Source: Candidatus Poribacteria bacterium
GTDB lineage: Bacteria > Poribacteria > WGA-4E > WGA-3G
DNA length: 64,000 nt
Direction: 5' to 3'
Assembly (NCBI GenBank): GCA_964291315.2
Contig: OZ219750.1
Coordinates: 288,001 to 352,000, forward strand
Shown here: positions 20,985 to 31,985 of the stretch, in pieces
Position numbering within the stretch: position 1 is the stretch's first letter
Layout of the letters: every line of letters begins with the position of its first letter
Made by a program: the position numbers and the translations under genes
Notes under the pieces: generated by a model
Told to the model about the DNA's origin: nothing
What the model saw: only the letters and a program-made list of their open reading frames with translations
The model's database searches: none

Positions 20985-21554
20985 ATGAGTCCATTCAAAA
21001 CATTTACTGAACAGCATCCAAATGACGTACCTGTTGAAAGACGGTCAGTCGAAAGTATGCAAAATTACTTCGCTTCTCGGAGTATTACCTATGAGTCTCC
21101 AATCGGGCGTATCGGTATAGTCGCAGTGGATCAAGATCACATTTCACATCTTTTCTTTGGGTGTGACTTTCTATTCGATGAAGCCTCCGACCTTCGGGAT
21201 CGGTATCCGGTGTTAAGCTGTGTGACAGATCTGCTTGCCCGATATTTTGCTGGTAAGCCGTTTGATACTGCTACGCTCCCGATCCGGATGGAATCAGGAA
21301 CTCACTTCCAAAATGCTGTCTGGGCTGTCATTCGACAAATCCCTCATGGAGGGGTCCGCAGCTACAAGTGGATTGCAGAAAGGATAGGGAAACCGAGGGC
21401 TGTTCGGGCAGTCGGTGGTGCTGTTGGGGCGAATCCAGTTTCTATTCTTGTTCCGTGCCATCGGGTCATTAGAAGCGACGGAACATTGGGAGGCTACGGC
21501 GGTGGCATAGAGCAGAAACGTCAGTTGTTGGCTCTTGAAGGTTATCAATTGTAA
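20985..21554 (+). CDS. ogt: Methylated-DNA-protein-cysteine methyltransferase
   Basis: GTHFQNAVW, RAVGGAVGANP, PCHRV active site, LGGYGGG; start uncertain (20961/20985/21057). Confidence 0.93.
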   Translation: MSPFKTFTEQHPNDVPVERRSVESMQNYFASRSITYESPIGRIGIVAVDQDHISHLFFGCDFLFDEASDLRDRYPVLSCVTDLLARYFAGKPFDTATLPIRMESGTHFQNAVWAVIRQIPHGGVRSYKWIAERIGKPRAVRAVGGAVGANPVSILVPCHRVIRSDGTLGGYGGGIEQKRQLLALEGYQL

Positions 21555-21623
21555 ATTATAGGTGTTCTCTCATAGGCGCGTTAAAAGATTAGGATTGCGA
21601 GCTGGTTCTATAGGAGTTTCTTG

Positions 21624-22817
21624 ATGACATCTCAGAGAGGTTTAGGTAAAACGACTCAGGCGATCCATGCGGGGGAAACGTCGGAGTCGGTGCTTTCTAA
21701 AAGTGGAGTCCCGCTGTTGCCGCCCATCTATCAGAACAGTACGTTTCGTTTCGCGACTGCTGCGGAATTTGCAGGAGCGTTTCAGGATGAAGCGAGTGGT
21801 TATGTCTACACCCGCTGGGGCAATCCGACGCAGGAGGTGTTAGAGGAAAAGCTGGCTGTCCTTGAAATGGGTGAATTGGCGCTTGCGACGGCCTCGGGGA
21901 TGGGGGCGGTCAGTGCAGCACTGCTCACTGCTTTAATGGATGGTGGACATGTGGTCGCTATAGATAATCTCTATTCTGCTACATTTCAAATTCTCAATGA
22001 AGACCTTCGGAGGTTCGGTGTTGAAACAACATTTGTTGATGCAACAGATCCTGTGCGGATTGAACGAGCGATCAGGCGGGATACAAAGGTTCTCTACCTA
22101 GAAAGTCCAACAAATCCGCTCTTGAAACTGGTTGACTTGCAAGAGGCTGCCGATATTGCAAAAGCACACGGGATAACCTCAATCATTGACAATACATTTT
22201 CAACGCCGTTTGGACAGCAACCGATTCAGCTGGGTATTGACGTTGTTGTTCATAGCATGACGAAGTATCTCAGTGGTAGTGGAGCGGTCATTGCTGGGGC
22301 GGTTATCGGAGAAAAGGCGTTTATTACGCGCGCGAAAGAAGGGGTTTTGCGCAACTTCGGGGCAGTCATCAGTCCGTTTAATGCGTGGTTGACGCTGCAG
22401 GGTATTCCGACGCTGTCGTTACGTTTTGCGCGGCACTGTGAAAATGCAGCGCGCCTCGCAGCGTTCCTTGAGTCTCATCCAGCGGTAGCATGGGTGCGCT
22501 ATCCCGGCTTGCTCAGCCATCCGCAACATGAACTCGCCAAACGCCAAATGGATGAATTTGGTGGCATGATAACATTGGAGCTCAAGGGTGGACGTGATGC
22601 CGGTGAAAACTTTGTAGATCGGCTTGAACTCTGTTCGCTTGCAGTCAGTTTAGGCGATGTGTGTACGCTTGTCTGCCATCCTGCCTCAACAACACATTCA
22701 CATGTGCCGGTGGAGATTCGCCAGCGCGCTGGTATTACAGACGGCCTTGTCAGAATTTCGGTCGGTCTCGAAGATGTCGAGGATATTTTGGCAGACGTGG
22801 AGCAAGCGTTAAATTAA
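21624..22817 (+). CDS. PLP-dependent trans-sulfuration enzyme (methionine gamma-lyase/cystathionine gamma-synthase family)
   Basis: YTRWGNPT, SGMGA, ESPTNP, DNTF, HSMTKY (PLP lysine), SLGD, HPASTTH, RISVGLE. Confidence 0.92.
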   Translation: MTSQRGLGKTTQAIHAGETSESVLSKSGVPLLPPIYQNSTFRFATAAEFAGAFQDEASGYVYTRWGNPTQEVLEEKLAVLEMGELALATASGMGAVSAALLTALMDGGHVVAIDNLYSATFQILNEDLRRFGVETTFVDATDPVRIERAIRRDTKVLYLESPTNPLLKLVDLQEAADIAKAHGITSIIDNTFSTPFGQQPIQLGIDVVVHSMTKYLSGSGAVIAGAVIGEKAFITRAKEGVLRNFGAVISPFNAWLTLQGIPTLSLRFARHCENAARLAAFLESHPAVAWVRYPGLLSHPQHELAKRQMDEFGGMITLELKGGRDAGENFVDRLELCSLAVSLGDVCTLVCHPASTTHSHVPVEIRQRAGITDGLVRISVGLEDVEDILADVEQALN

Positions 22818-22870
22818 GTACCTGAGATCCTTAAGCTGTAAATAGAATTCTCGCTTGCGTTGCTTTGGGG

Positions 22871-24106
22871 TCATCGATCGAAATTTAAGTTCTGAATATA
22901 GTTTTCGCTGATGCTATTTGAAGGGTGCGATCCCTCTTTATGTGGTTCTGGAAATTCTGTGAACAGCTTCTGATATGCTGCGATGGCTAACTCCGTATCG
23001 CCGTTGTCCTCATAAATTTTGCCGACCGAATATTGTGCTGCCCGGCGGGTATCGTAATCATATGTAATGTTATCAGCAACCTTCTGGTATGCCTCAATGG
23101 CACTCGCCATATCCTTATTAGCGTAAGCGATCTGCCCGATATAGATTTGTGAGTTCGTGGCATTTTCATTGCGTGGATATAAATCAATTGCTGTTTCTAG
23201 CTGTGCAATGGCCTCATCGTATTTCCCGAGTCTTTCATAAGCCCAGCCCATATAGAAGTAGGCATCTTGTCCGGCTTTTGAATTTGGGTACAAGTCAATA
23301 ACTGTCTGATAAGATGCTACTGCCTCTTCATATTTGCCTTCTGCAAGATATGACTGTGCAATGCCGAAATTCGCAAGCGGTCCTAAGCTAGGATCTCCTG
23401 AGTCGACAACATTTTTGAATTCCACTCGCGCTTTTTCGTAGTCTTGCTTCTTCAGGTAAATTTCCCCGCTAACGTACAGTATCTGGTATAGCAGTGGATT
23501 ATCCCTGAAAGGTTCTCGTAGGGCGTCTAAGTGTGCCATGGCAATATTCAGCTCGCCCTTTCCGTAGTAGCACATCGCTGTGTTAAATTGTGCTTGTTCT
23601 GACAGTTCGCTCCCCGGATATGATGCAATTAATTGATTGTAAAGTGTGAGTGCTCGGTCGTAGTATGCTGTAAGCGATTCAAGTGTTCCTGTCTTCTTCA
23701 GGTCCTCCGCAATCTGGTAAGACGCAAAGGCTATTGCATACATCGAGTCGTCTGCCCACTCGCTGTCTGGATAATTGTTGATGAGTCGGCGAAACAGGGC
23801 AAAAGCCTCTTCATCTGTGCGTGGAATACGCGAGGCAAGTTGGTAGATGGCATCATCTGCCCATAGACTATCGGGGTACTCCTCAAAAACCTCACGATAT
23901 GCGGCTCGGACTTCCCGTAACCGTTTTTTGTCCGGTTCATCTAATGTTATCGGTGGATTATCGATTGACTGTGCTGCTGTCCATGCCTTATCGGCGTTGT
24001 CGTAATAGTGGGTGTAACTGGTGCTGTTGTTTGTGGCGCGTCCCAACCAGAACCCACCAGCAAGTGCGACAATAATGCATATCTCTGCAATGATAAACTG
24101 CTTCAT
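22871..24106 (-). CDS. Membrane-anchored or exported TPR-repeat protein (BamD/YfiO-like repeats)
   Basis: RBS AGGAG before ATG 24106; N-terminal hydrophobic segment; repeated YP(D/G/N)S..A..A.Y TPR units. Confidence 0.85.
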   Translation of the reverse strand: MKQFIIAEICIIVALAGGFWLGRATNNSTSYTHYYDNADKAWTAAQSIDNPPITLDEPDKKRLREVRAAYREVFEEYPDSLWADDAIYQLASRIPRTDEEAFALFRRLINNYPDSEWADDSMYAIAFASYQIAEDLKKTGTLESLTAYYDRALTLYNQLIASYPGSELSEQAQFNTAMCYYGKGELNIAMAHLDALREPFRDNPLLYQILYVSGEIYLKKQDYEKARVEFKNVVDSGDPSLGPLANFGIAQSYLAEGKYEEAVASYQTVIDLYPNSKAGQDAYFYMGWAYERLGKYDEAIAQLETAIDLYPRNENATNSQIYIGQIAYANKDMASAIEAYQKVADNITYDYDTRRAAQYSVGKIYEDNGDTELAIAAYQKLFTEFPEPHKEGSHPSNSISENYIQNLNFDR

Positions 24107-24342
24107 TTTTATTCTCCTCGACAAGTATTTATTCTGATTTATGTTAACAAGGTTTTTGAAATATGTCAAGTGCTGTTTAGTGTGGAAAACTTTATGCCGA
24201 AGAGTGCTAAAATTTGCACCGAATTTCTCTAAGTTGAGTGTCAAATAGTCAAAGTCTTTTTTTAGGGACGGATGCCGGACTCCGATTCTCAACTAATGAG
24301 TGATCGACGGTAAGCGGAAACTAAATATCCATATAATTCCTC

Positions 24343-24371
24343 TTGACAATATAGGAACGGTTTGATAGAAT
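24343..24371 (+). promoter_or_regulatory. Sigma70-type promoter of the amino-acid ABC operon
   Basis: TTGACA-N17-TAGAAT with an extended TG. Confidence 0.65.
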
Positions 24372-24522
24372 GTATAAAAGTATGTCAGCTGCTCATTTTT
24401 ACTATGCAGAGGGCGAAATGACATCTTGATAAAATTGTTGGCCGTTATAACAGACATGAATTTAAGGTGCTTTCCGAAAAAATGCCCATTGGATATGGAG
24501 CATACAAAAAGAGAGGTTTTTT

Positions 24523-25539
24523 GTGCACAAATTTTGGTTTCGCGTTTCCGCATTCGTTTTGGCGGTTTCCTTATTAACTCCTCTTCTTGCAAGAAGCGAA
24601 GAGGGGGTTCTAGACAGAGTTAAAAATAGAGGGAGATTGATTTGTGGGGTAAATGGTAGCTTACCCGGCTTCGGTTTTCTCAATGAAGATGGTGAATGGA
24701 CAGGTTTTGATGTAGATTACGGTAGGGCGATTGCTGCCGCTGTTCTCGGGGATCCGAGCAAAGTTGAATTTGTTCCACTCAAAGCCCCTGAGCGGTTTCC
24801 TGCCTTGCAGACGGGTGAAATAGATGTCCTCATCCGAAATACAACGTGGACACTTACCCGTGATACCCAAGTAGGTGCGGATTTTGCTCCCCCGACCTTT
24901 TACGATGGTCAAGGGTTTATGCTACGCAAAGAATTGGGCATCACCTCTCTAGAAGAGTTACAAGGTGCAAGCATTGGTGTGACTGCTGGGAGTACCACCG
25001 AGCTAAATTTGACAGACACCATGCGGGCTTTAGGTGTTGATTTCAAACCTGTCGTCTTTGAAGAAATTGACACTCTCTACAGCAGTTATGAACAGGGGCG
25101 CTGTGATGTTGTAACCTCTGATAAATCTCAATTAGTTGCTCGCCGTCAAGTTCTCAAAGACCCACAAGCGCATGTGATAATGGAGGCAACAATCTCCAAG
25201 GAACCTTTGGGGCCTGTCACTGTACACGGCGATAACAAATGGAACGATGTCGTAAGTTGGGTGGTTTACGCTACCTTCTTTGCCGAAGAGCACGGTATTA
25301 CGCAAGCGAAGGCTAGTAATTTTGAAACGCAGAACCCTGAAATCCAGCGTTTCTTAGGTAAAACCGGCGATATAGGGGAAAAGCTTGGTCTCTCCAAAGC
25401 GTGGGCACAGCAGGTCGTTGTCGCTGTTGGCAATTATGGTGAAATTTTTGAGCGTAACCTCACACCGCTTGGTCTCCCGCGCGGGGTCAATAAACCTTGG
25501 ACGCAAGGTGGGCTTCTCTATGCAATGCCGTTTCGTTAA
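24523..25539 (+). CDS. aapJ: General L-amino acid ABC transporter substrate-binding protein (AapJ/BztA)
   Basis: Signal peptide; GFDVDY, RNTTWTLTRD, FYDGQGF, ISKEPLGP, VGNYGEIFERN. Confidence 0.9.
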   Translation: MHKFWFRVSAFVLAVSLLTPLLARSEEGVLDRVKNRGRLICGVNGSLPGFGFLNEDGEWTGFDVDYGRAIAAAVLGDPSKVEFVPLKAPERFPALQTGEIDVLIRNTTWTLTRDTQVGADFAPPTFYDGQGFMLRKELGITSLEELQGASIGVTAGSTTELNLTDTMRALGVDFKPVVFEEIDTLYSSYEQGRCDVVTSDKSQLVARRQVLKDPQAHVIMEATISKEPLGPVTVHGDNKWNDVVSWVVYATFFAEEHGITQAKASNFETQNPEIQRFLGKTGDIGEKLGLSKAWAQQVVVAVGNYGEIFERNLTPLGLPRGVNKPWTQGGLLYAMPFR

Positions 25540-25685
25540 AGGGAACACGATCTATAGGACAGCCTGAGATAAGTGCTTCAGTTGTCAGCTGTAGTCTTTC
25601 GGTATAGAGCGATTTGTGGGAATTAAAAACGTTGTCGCTTACCACAGGATCTGCTAACAGCTGGTGGCTATTTTGCTGACAATTG

Positions 25686-26870
25686 ATGGCATCAAAAAAA
25701 ATGGCACAGAATTCTACGACAATCCGCTTCTGGCGAGATGTTCGCGTCCTACGCGTGCTGCTTCAAGTCCTTTTTCTCATAGGTGTTCTGCTGTTAGCGG
25801 CCATCCTCTACACAAATATGATCAGGGGATTGGACAACCTGGGTCTAACGCTTGGCTTCGATTTTCTGAAGAACGAAGCCGGTTTTGATATTTCCGAAGG
25901 CATTGAGTACACCCCTTCAGACACATATCTCAAGGCGTTTTGGGTAGGAGTGGTGAACACCCTAAAGGTGAGTCTTATAGGAATTGTATGCGCGACAATT
26001 CTAGGGCTCATTGTTGGTATTGCTCGCCTTTCCAGCAATTGGTTAGTCCGAACTGTAGCTGCGATTTACGTTGAGTGTTTCCGAAATATTCCGCTCTTGC
26101 TCCAGATACTGTTTTGGTATACTGCCGTAATTCTTCAATTGCCGAGGGTTGGGGACAGCGTTTCGTTATTTGGGGGTGTTTTCATTAACCAACGCGGGTT
26201 CTACTTTCCTGCCCCCGAACCTACTTCCGGTTTGAAAACGTGGGTTTTTTTTCTTCTTGCGGGTTTTATCTTAGCAGTGGTTCTCTATGTGGTACGTGCA
26301 AGGGATCTTCGCCGGTTGGAGCTTCCCGGATTCCGTGCGAAGTGGGCACTGCCAGCGTTTGTAATTGTCGCGCTGCTCGGATGGTTTCTGACACCGGAGA
26401 AGCCGTTCAGACTCGATCAACCTGTTTTAAGAGGTTTTAACTTCGTTGGTGGCCTGAGTTTGTCGCCTGAGTTCTCTGCGCTTTTAATCGGTCTTTCTGT
26501 TTATACGGGGGCATTTATCGCCGAAATCGTGAGGAGCGGTATACAAGCCGTTGTAAAAGGGCAGCGGGAAGCTGCGAGATCCATTGGGTTGAGCGAGGCA
26601 CAAACGCTGCAGCTCATCGTTTTACCGCAAGCTGTCCCGATCATCGTGCCCCCGCTGACAAGTCAGTACCTCAACCTGGCCAAAAATTCAAGCTTGGCTA
26701 TTGCCATCGGTTTTCCCGATGTATTCAGCCTTGGCAATACGATGATGCTCCAAACAGGGCAATCTATACCTGTATTCGCGATGATTATGGTAAGTTACTT
26801 GATTATGAGTTTAACAACGTCTGCAGGTATGAATTGGTACAACCGCTGGATTAACCGCATTGGGCGCTGA
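25686..26870 (+). CDS. aapQ: Amino acid ABC transporter permease (AapQ/BztB)
   Basis: FRNIPLLLQILFWY, AEIVRSGIQAV..GQREAA, YLNLAKNSSLA. Confidence 0.88.
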   Translation: MASKKMAQNSTTIRFWRDVRVLRVLLQVLFLIGVLLLAAILYTNMIRGLDNLGLTLGFDFLKNEAGFDISEGIEYTPSDTYLKAFWVGVVNTLKVSLIGIVCATILGLIVGIARLSSNWLVRTVAAIYVECFRNIPLLLQILFWYTAVILQLPRVGDSVSLFGGVFINQRGFYFPAPEPTSGLKTWVFFLLAGFILAVVLYVVRARDLRRLELPGFRAKWALPAFVIVALLGWFLTPEKPFRLDQPVLRGFNFVGGLSLSPEFSALLIGLSVYTGAFIAEIVRSGIQAVVKGQREAARSIGLSEAQTLQLIVLPQAVPIIVPPLTSQYLNLAKNSSLAIAIGFPDVFSLGNTMMLQTGQSIPVFAMIMVSYLIMSLTTSAGMNWYNRWINRIGR

Positions 26871-26881
26871 AAATCTAACAC

Positions 26882-28111
26882 ATGAGAGGAACGTCAAAAG
26901 TGGCTGAGTCAGAGTTGTCAGAAGAGATTAAACCTCCGCAAAATACGACAAGCGTTTTGCTTTGGCTTAAAGAAAACCTTTTTAGCACATGGTATAATAC
27001 CCTTTTGAGTCTCATTGTCTTGGGCTTTGTGTACTTTGTTTTAAAGGAGGGTTTAACGTGGGCATTCACAGATGCCAAGTGGGGCGTTATCCCCGCGAAT
27101 TTGCAACTTTTTGCAATCGGTGCTTATCCAAAAGCGGAAATATGGCGAGTATGGCTCGTTCTTTATACCGTGTGCACCCTTGCAGGTTTGAGTGGTGGAA
27201 TTTGGGGCGGACTCACCCTCAGGTTTGCTGTTGGTATCGGAGCGGTCGGAATCATATTGGCTGTTTTGCCCATTGATATATCAACCTTAGGTTTGTCAAC
27301 ACGGGGATGGTTCCTCGGGGGTGCTGTCTCGCTTGCATCGTGTCTCTTTCTTGGGAGCCGTGGTCGAGGTTTGTTTCCGAAAGTACGCCAGTGGGTCATC
27401 GCTGGATGGCTCCTCTCTTTTCCTTGGACCCTGATAATGTTGCGCGGTTTTGGTGAGAATACTGTGCTTACGACGAATTGGGGTGGGTTGCTTCTGACGC
27501 TAATTCTCGCAGCTGTGGGTATCTGTTTCTGTTTTCCGTTGGGTGTCCTTCTAGCGCTGGGGCGGCGGAGCACTTTACCTGCGGTCAAATGGGTTTCGAC
27601 GGCTTATATTGAGACGATTCGGGGTGTGCCGTTAATCACTATTCTGTTTATGGCGCAAGTTGTGATCCCAATTTTCATGCCCGACAATATTCGTCTTGAT
27701 AAAGTTTTACGTGCGATGCTCGGTATAACGCTTTTCTCCGCTGCTTACATGGCGGAGAACGTTCGAGGCGGCCTTCAATCGATTCCGAGGGGGCAATATG
27801 AAGCTGCACAAGCACTCGGTCTCAACTATCCGCGAATGATGTTTTTTATTGTTTTGCCGCAAGCACTCCGATCGGTTATTCCGGCGATTGTAGGCCAATT
27901 CATAGCTCTCTTCAAGGATACGTCTCTTGTTGCCATCGTCGGACTCCTAGACCTGTTGGGTATAGCGAAAAGCGTTATTGCAAACCCAGATTGGCTTGGA
28001 TTGCAAGCCGAAGTATATATCTTTATTGCGGCGATCTATTTTGTTTTCAGCTATTCAATGTCGTATGTCAGTCAAAAAGTTGAAGAGTCCCTCGGTATTG
28101 GGAAAATTTGA
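26882..28111 (+). CDS. aapM: Amino acid ABC transporter permease (AapM/BztC)
   Basis: WGGLLLTL, LALGRRS, IRGVPLI, AENVRGGLQ, FKDTSLV. Confidence 0.88.
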   Translation: MRGTSKVAESELSEEIKPPQNTTSVLLWLKENLFSTWYNTLLSLIVLGFVYFVLKEGLTWAFTDAKWGVIPANLQLFAIGAYPKAEIWRVWLVLYTVCTLAGLSGGIWGGLTLRFAVGIGAVGIILAVLPIDISTLGLSTRGWFLGGAVSLASCLFLGSRGRGLFPKVRQWVIAGWLLSFPWTLIMLRGFGENTVLTTNWGGLLLTLILAAVGICFCFPLGVLLALGRRSTLPAVKWVSTAYIETIRGVPLITILFMAQVVIPIFMPDNIRLDKVLRAMLGITLFSAAYMAENVRGGLQSIPRGQYEAAQALGLNYPRMMFFIVLPQALRSVIPAIVGQFIALFKDTSLVAIVGLLDLLGIAKSVIANPDWLGLQAEVYIFIAAIYFVFSYSMSYVSQKVEESLGIGKI

Positions 28112-28194
28112 GCGTTGTGCTGATTCGGCAGGTGGTAGTGGCAAAGCCTGTTAACCGTGAAACGCAAACATCGATCTAAAGGGAATATAACACA

Positions 28195-28956
28195 GTGGAA
28201 AGTTTTGAAAATGCGATGCAGGATCCTATCATTGTTTGTGAAGGCGTACATAAGTGGTTTGACGAGTTTCATGTACTCAAAGGGGTTACGACCTCGTTTC
28301 AAAAAGGCGAGCGTGCAGTAATATGTGGTCCTTCTGGATCAGGTAAATCCACGTTCATCAGGACATTGAACCGCCTTGAGGAACATCAGCGCGGCAGAAT
28401 TGTGGTTGATGGGATTGAACTTACCAACGATCTTCGTAATATTGATCTTATTCGTCGAGAAGTCGGCATGGTGTTTCAGCAGTTTAATTTGTTTCCGCAC
28501 CTGACGAATCTACAGAATATAACGTTGGGGCCTATCCGTGTGAGGAAGCTAGCGAAAAGTGAGGCGGAGTCTTTAGCTTTAGCACTCTTGGAGCGTGTGG
28601 ATATTGCTGATCAAGCGTACAAGTATCCGGCAGAGATTTCGGGCGGGCAACAGCAGCGGGTCGCCATTGCGAGAGCGTTGGCTATGGAACCGAAGATTAT
28701 GCTGTTCGACGAACCAACTAGCGCACTTGACCCAGAGATGATTACGGAGGTGCTGGATGTGATGCGTGAGTTGGCACACTCCGGCATGACTATGCTTGTT
28801 GTTACGCATGAGATGGGCTTCGCGCGGGAAGTCGCCGATCGGATCCTATTTTTTGATGAGGGACTGATTGTTGAAGAAGCGGCCCCCGCAAATTTCTTTG
28901 ATAACCCACAGCACGAACGGACGAAACTTTTCATTTCACAAACGCTACAACATTAG
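28195..28956 (+). CDS. aapP: Amino acid ABC transporter ATP-binding protein (AapP/GlnQ)
   Basis: [43 protein letters not shown]; start may be ATG 28216. Confidence 0.92.
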   Translation: MESFENAMQDPIIVCEGVHKWFDEFHVLKGVTTSFQKGERAVICGPSGSGKSTFIRTLNRLEEHQRGRIVVDGIELTNDLRNIDLIRREVGMVFQQFNLFPHLTNLQNITLGPIRVRKLAKSEAESLALALLERVDIADQAYKYPAEISGGQQQRVAIARALAMEPKIMLFDEPTSALDPEMITEVLDVMRELAHSGMTMLVVTHEMGFAREVADRILFFDEGLIVEEAAPANFFDNPQHERTKLFISQTLQH

Positions 28957-28988
28957 AGACCTATACGAGAAAGATGTAAGATAAAAGA

Positions 28989-29747
28989 ATGCGGTTGAAT
29001 AATAAAATTGCTGTTGTCACAGGAGGCGGGCGCGGTATCGGCAGAGCAGCGGCACTCCGGTTTGCTCAAGAGGGAGCCAAAGTTGTTGTTGATGACGTGG
29101 ACGATAGCGCGGGAACGTCGACGGTTTCCGCTATAACAGGTGCAGGCGGTGAAGCACTGTTTGTTAACGCTGATGTTGCCGACCCTGACGATGCAGAAAG
29201 ACTGGCTGCTGAGGCGGTCGATGCTTACGGCACGGTTGACATCCTTGTGAATAATGCTATCTGTTCTACAGCCGATGTACTCAACAATAACTGGGAGGCA
29301 AACCTCGCTGTTGCTCTTCGAGGAACCAGCCACTGTTCCAATGCCGTTATTCCGGTGATGCAAGAGGGCGGAGGAGGTAGTATTGTTAACGTCGCCTCAG
29401 TCAACGGACTTGTCGGATTACAGGCGATTCATGCCTACTCTGCTGCAAAAGGTGGTGTCATCGCACTGACCCGATCCATGGCAGTTGTACACGGTAAAGA
29501 CAACGTTCGTATCAACTGTATATGCCCCGGGACAATTCAGACTGAGGTTTGGGAACCGATGCTTGAACGTAACCCGCAGATCCTAGATGAACTCACATTT
29601 TGGTACCCGTTAGGACGGATTGGACAACCCGTCGATATTGCGAATGCTGCACTCTTTCTGGCATCTGATGAAGCGGGTTTTGCAACGGGGGCGGTCTTTG
29701 TCATTGATGGCGGCTTGACAGCTGGCAATCACCAGTTCCCGATTTGA
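28989..29747 (+). CDS. Short-chain dehydrogenase/reductase
   Basis: TGGGRGIG, NNA, YSAAK. Confidence 0.93.
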   Translation: MRLNNKIAVVTGGGRGIGRAAALRFAQEGAKVVVDDVDDSAGTSTVSAITGAGGEALFVNADVADPDDAERLAAEAVDAYGTVDILVNNAICSTADVLNNNWEANLAVALRGTSHCSNAVIPVMQEGGGGSIVNVASVNGLVGLQAIHAYSAAKGGVIALTRSMAVVHGKDNVRINCICPGTIQTEVWEPMLERNPQILDELTFWYPLGRIGQPVDIANAALFLASDEAGFATGAVFVIDGGLTAGNHQFPI

Positions 29748-29910
29748 AGATCAAAGAAATTACGGCAGATATGCTGAAACAAGAGATTGACCTCTGTTCT
29801 TATACGATATGAAATTGAAGGATACCGTCTCTATACGATAAGCTGCAAGTCCTATGCAAAAAAGATGATAATCCTATATCTCACACATGAAGACAAAAAG
29901 GATGTATCTA

Positions 29911-30605
29911 TATGTCAAAGAAAAGTTTCGACCAAAAACTGATTAATCTTCTCGAAACCAACCCTAACTTTGTTGATGATAGCGGAGCATTCCATCGCCC
30001 GAGCGTCAGGCAACGGGCTTGGAAACTCGACCCCGAGCTCATTCGGACCCTGTGTACCGACGAAGAAATCGCGGCGAAGTTCTTCAAAGAGATAGCAGGA
30101 CGCTGGATCTTCGATAACAACGCCTTCGTTGATTATATCACGGATAAGAACTTCTTTGCCGACTCCTACACCCAGTTCCGCAATAGAATCGGCTTGAACA
30201 TTGATGGCAAGTATCTGCGCGAGCGTGGGGAAGTCGCCCTGGTCTGGCCGTATAAGGATTGCGTATTAGAAGGTGGTCAGACGCGCGAAGAGGAGAGGCG
30301 TAAAGAGATATTCTTCAACGAGGTTCTCGCGCCGGATGAGATAGATCGTATGTTTGATGCGAAGGTTCTGATGGGTTGGGAGCGTCATGGTGTTAGGAGT
30401 ATGGGAGGAGAGGTTGATAAGAGCGGGGGGGGTAATCTGTGATAAGCACATAGAAAATGGAACCCTCGAACTGAAGCGAGATGACGCTGGCGTTATTCGC
30501 GAGAACCTTGTCATCAAAGGCAACAACCTGATTGTCCTGCACACCCTTAAAGAGCAATTTCGCGGGCAGGTCAAACTCATTTACATCGATCCACCGTATA
30601 ATACG
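29911..30605 (+). repeat. Direct repeat, mod 5' conserved block (other copies about 31882-32680 and 35936-36733; copies 2 and 3 also share about 104 bp of upstream DNA)
   Basis: Near-identical nucleotide sequence by visual comparison. Confidence 0.92.
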
Positions 30606-31874
30606 GGAGGTTCATCGGAGACCTTTACCTACAACAACGCCTTTAATCACTCAACGTGGCTGACGTTTATGAAAAATAGGCTTGAAGCATCTCTCGATTT
30701 ATTGACTGCAAACGGAATGATAGTGGTTGCTATTGATGACATTGAAATGTTTTATCTGGGTGTGCTTTTAGATGAAGTTTTTGGTAGACAAAACAAGATC
30801 GGTTTAGTCTGCATTAGACATCACCCTCGTGGTAGAACACAAAGTCGTTTTTTTTCCGCAGTTCATGAATATGCGCTTTTTTATGCCAAAGACATTGAAC
30901 AAGTGACAGAAAATTTTCGCTTTGAAACGGATGATGTAGAAGAAGTAGAATCCTTCATCCGGGGAAGAGAAGATGCAACACCTGAGACTCGACCTACCCT
31001 CTATTATTCAATTTTTTACAACCCCGCGACAGGGGAGATTGCACTCTCTCCGAAGAGTAGTGATTTCATTGAGCTCTTACCGGAAAATAGGAATGGTATG
31101 AGGACTTGGAAACTTGTTAAAGAGTCTTTCTTAAAGGAATTACAAGAAGGCAAAATTGAGGTGCGAAACGTCAACAACAAATATGAAATTTATAGAAAGA
31201 TAGTTAGAGAGAAAAATAAAGCGAAGACAATGTGGACAGAGCCTCGGTATGATGCAAACCCTCATGGTACGGGGCTCCTTAAAAAATTGTTTGATGGGCA
31301 AACTCCGTTTAGCTATCCAAAATCGTTGTATACAATTGTGGACATCCTAAAGCTCACAACGAGTGAGGATGACCTTGTGCTCGACTTCTTTGCGGGCTCA
31401 GGCACTACAGGGCATGCGGTCTTAGAATTAAATAAACAAGACGGAGGATCCCGGCAGTTTATACTCGTAGAACAGTTGGACAAGCACATAGCCGTTTGTA
31501 AAGAACGACTTGAGAAAGTCATTGAAAAAGAAGGGCTTCTCGGAGCACATTTCGTCTCGTGTGAGCTGATGCCTTACAACGAAGTCTTCATGGAACGGAT
31601 CCAGTCGGCAGACACCTCTGCCGAGCTATTGGACATCTGGCACGATATGTCAGAAGATTCCGCTCTCAATTGGTACGTCACCCCGGAGCATCCAGAGGCG
31701 GCAGAGGCACACTTTATCGCTATCAACGACGTTGAGGGACAGAAGCGGCTATTAGCGGAGTTATTGGATAAGAATCAGCTGTATGTGCATCTCTCTGAAA
31801 TAGAGGACGAAACATTTCAGGTCAGTGAGACAGATAAGACGTTGAATAAGGCATTTTACCGCAAACCGCTATGA
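29912..31874 (+). CDS. mod: Type III R-M methyltransferase Mod, copy 1, split by a frameshift at G8 (30425-30432)
   Basis: N-terminal ORF 29912-30442 plus overlapping catalytic ORF with IKGNNL, YIDPPY, YPKS, DFFAGSGTT; G7 or G10 would fuse them. Confidence 0.9.
31378..31858 (+). repeat. Direct repeat, mod 3' conserved block (other copies about 33498-33980 and 37549-38000)
   Basis: Near-identical DNA from the VLDFFAGSGTT codons to the C-terminus. Confidence 0.92.
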
Positions 31875-31985
31875 ACAAACTCATTTGATGGCTTTATTTT
31901 ACCACAAAGTTCTCTTTGGACAACATTGTTAATTCTCTATCAATTCACATTACCTCACACATGAAGACAAAAAGGACACACCTGT

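Noticed and set aside
24107-24292. N-terminal extension of the TPR protein in the ORF track (likewise 11257, 37998, 41557, 57129 starts)
   Set aside because: Downstream ATGs have a better RBS, signal peptide or family-typical N-terminus.
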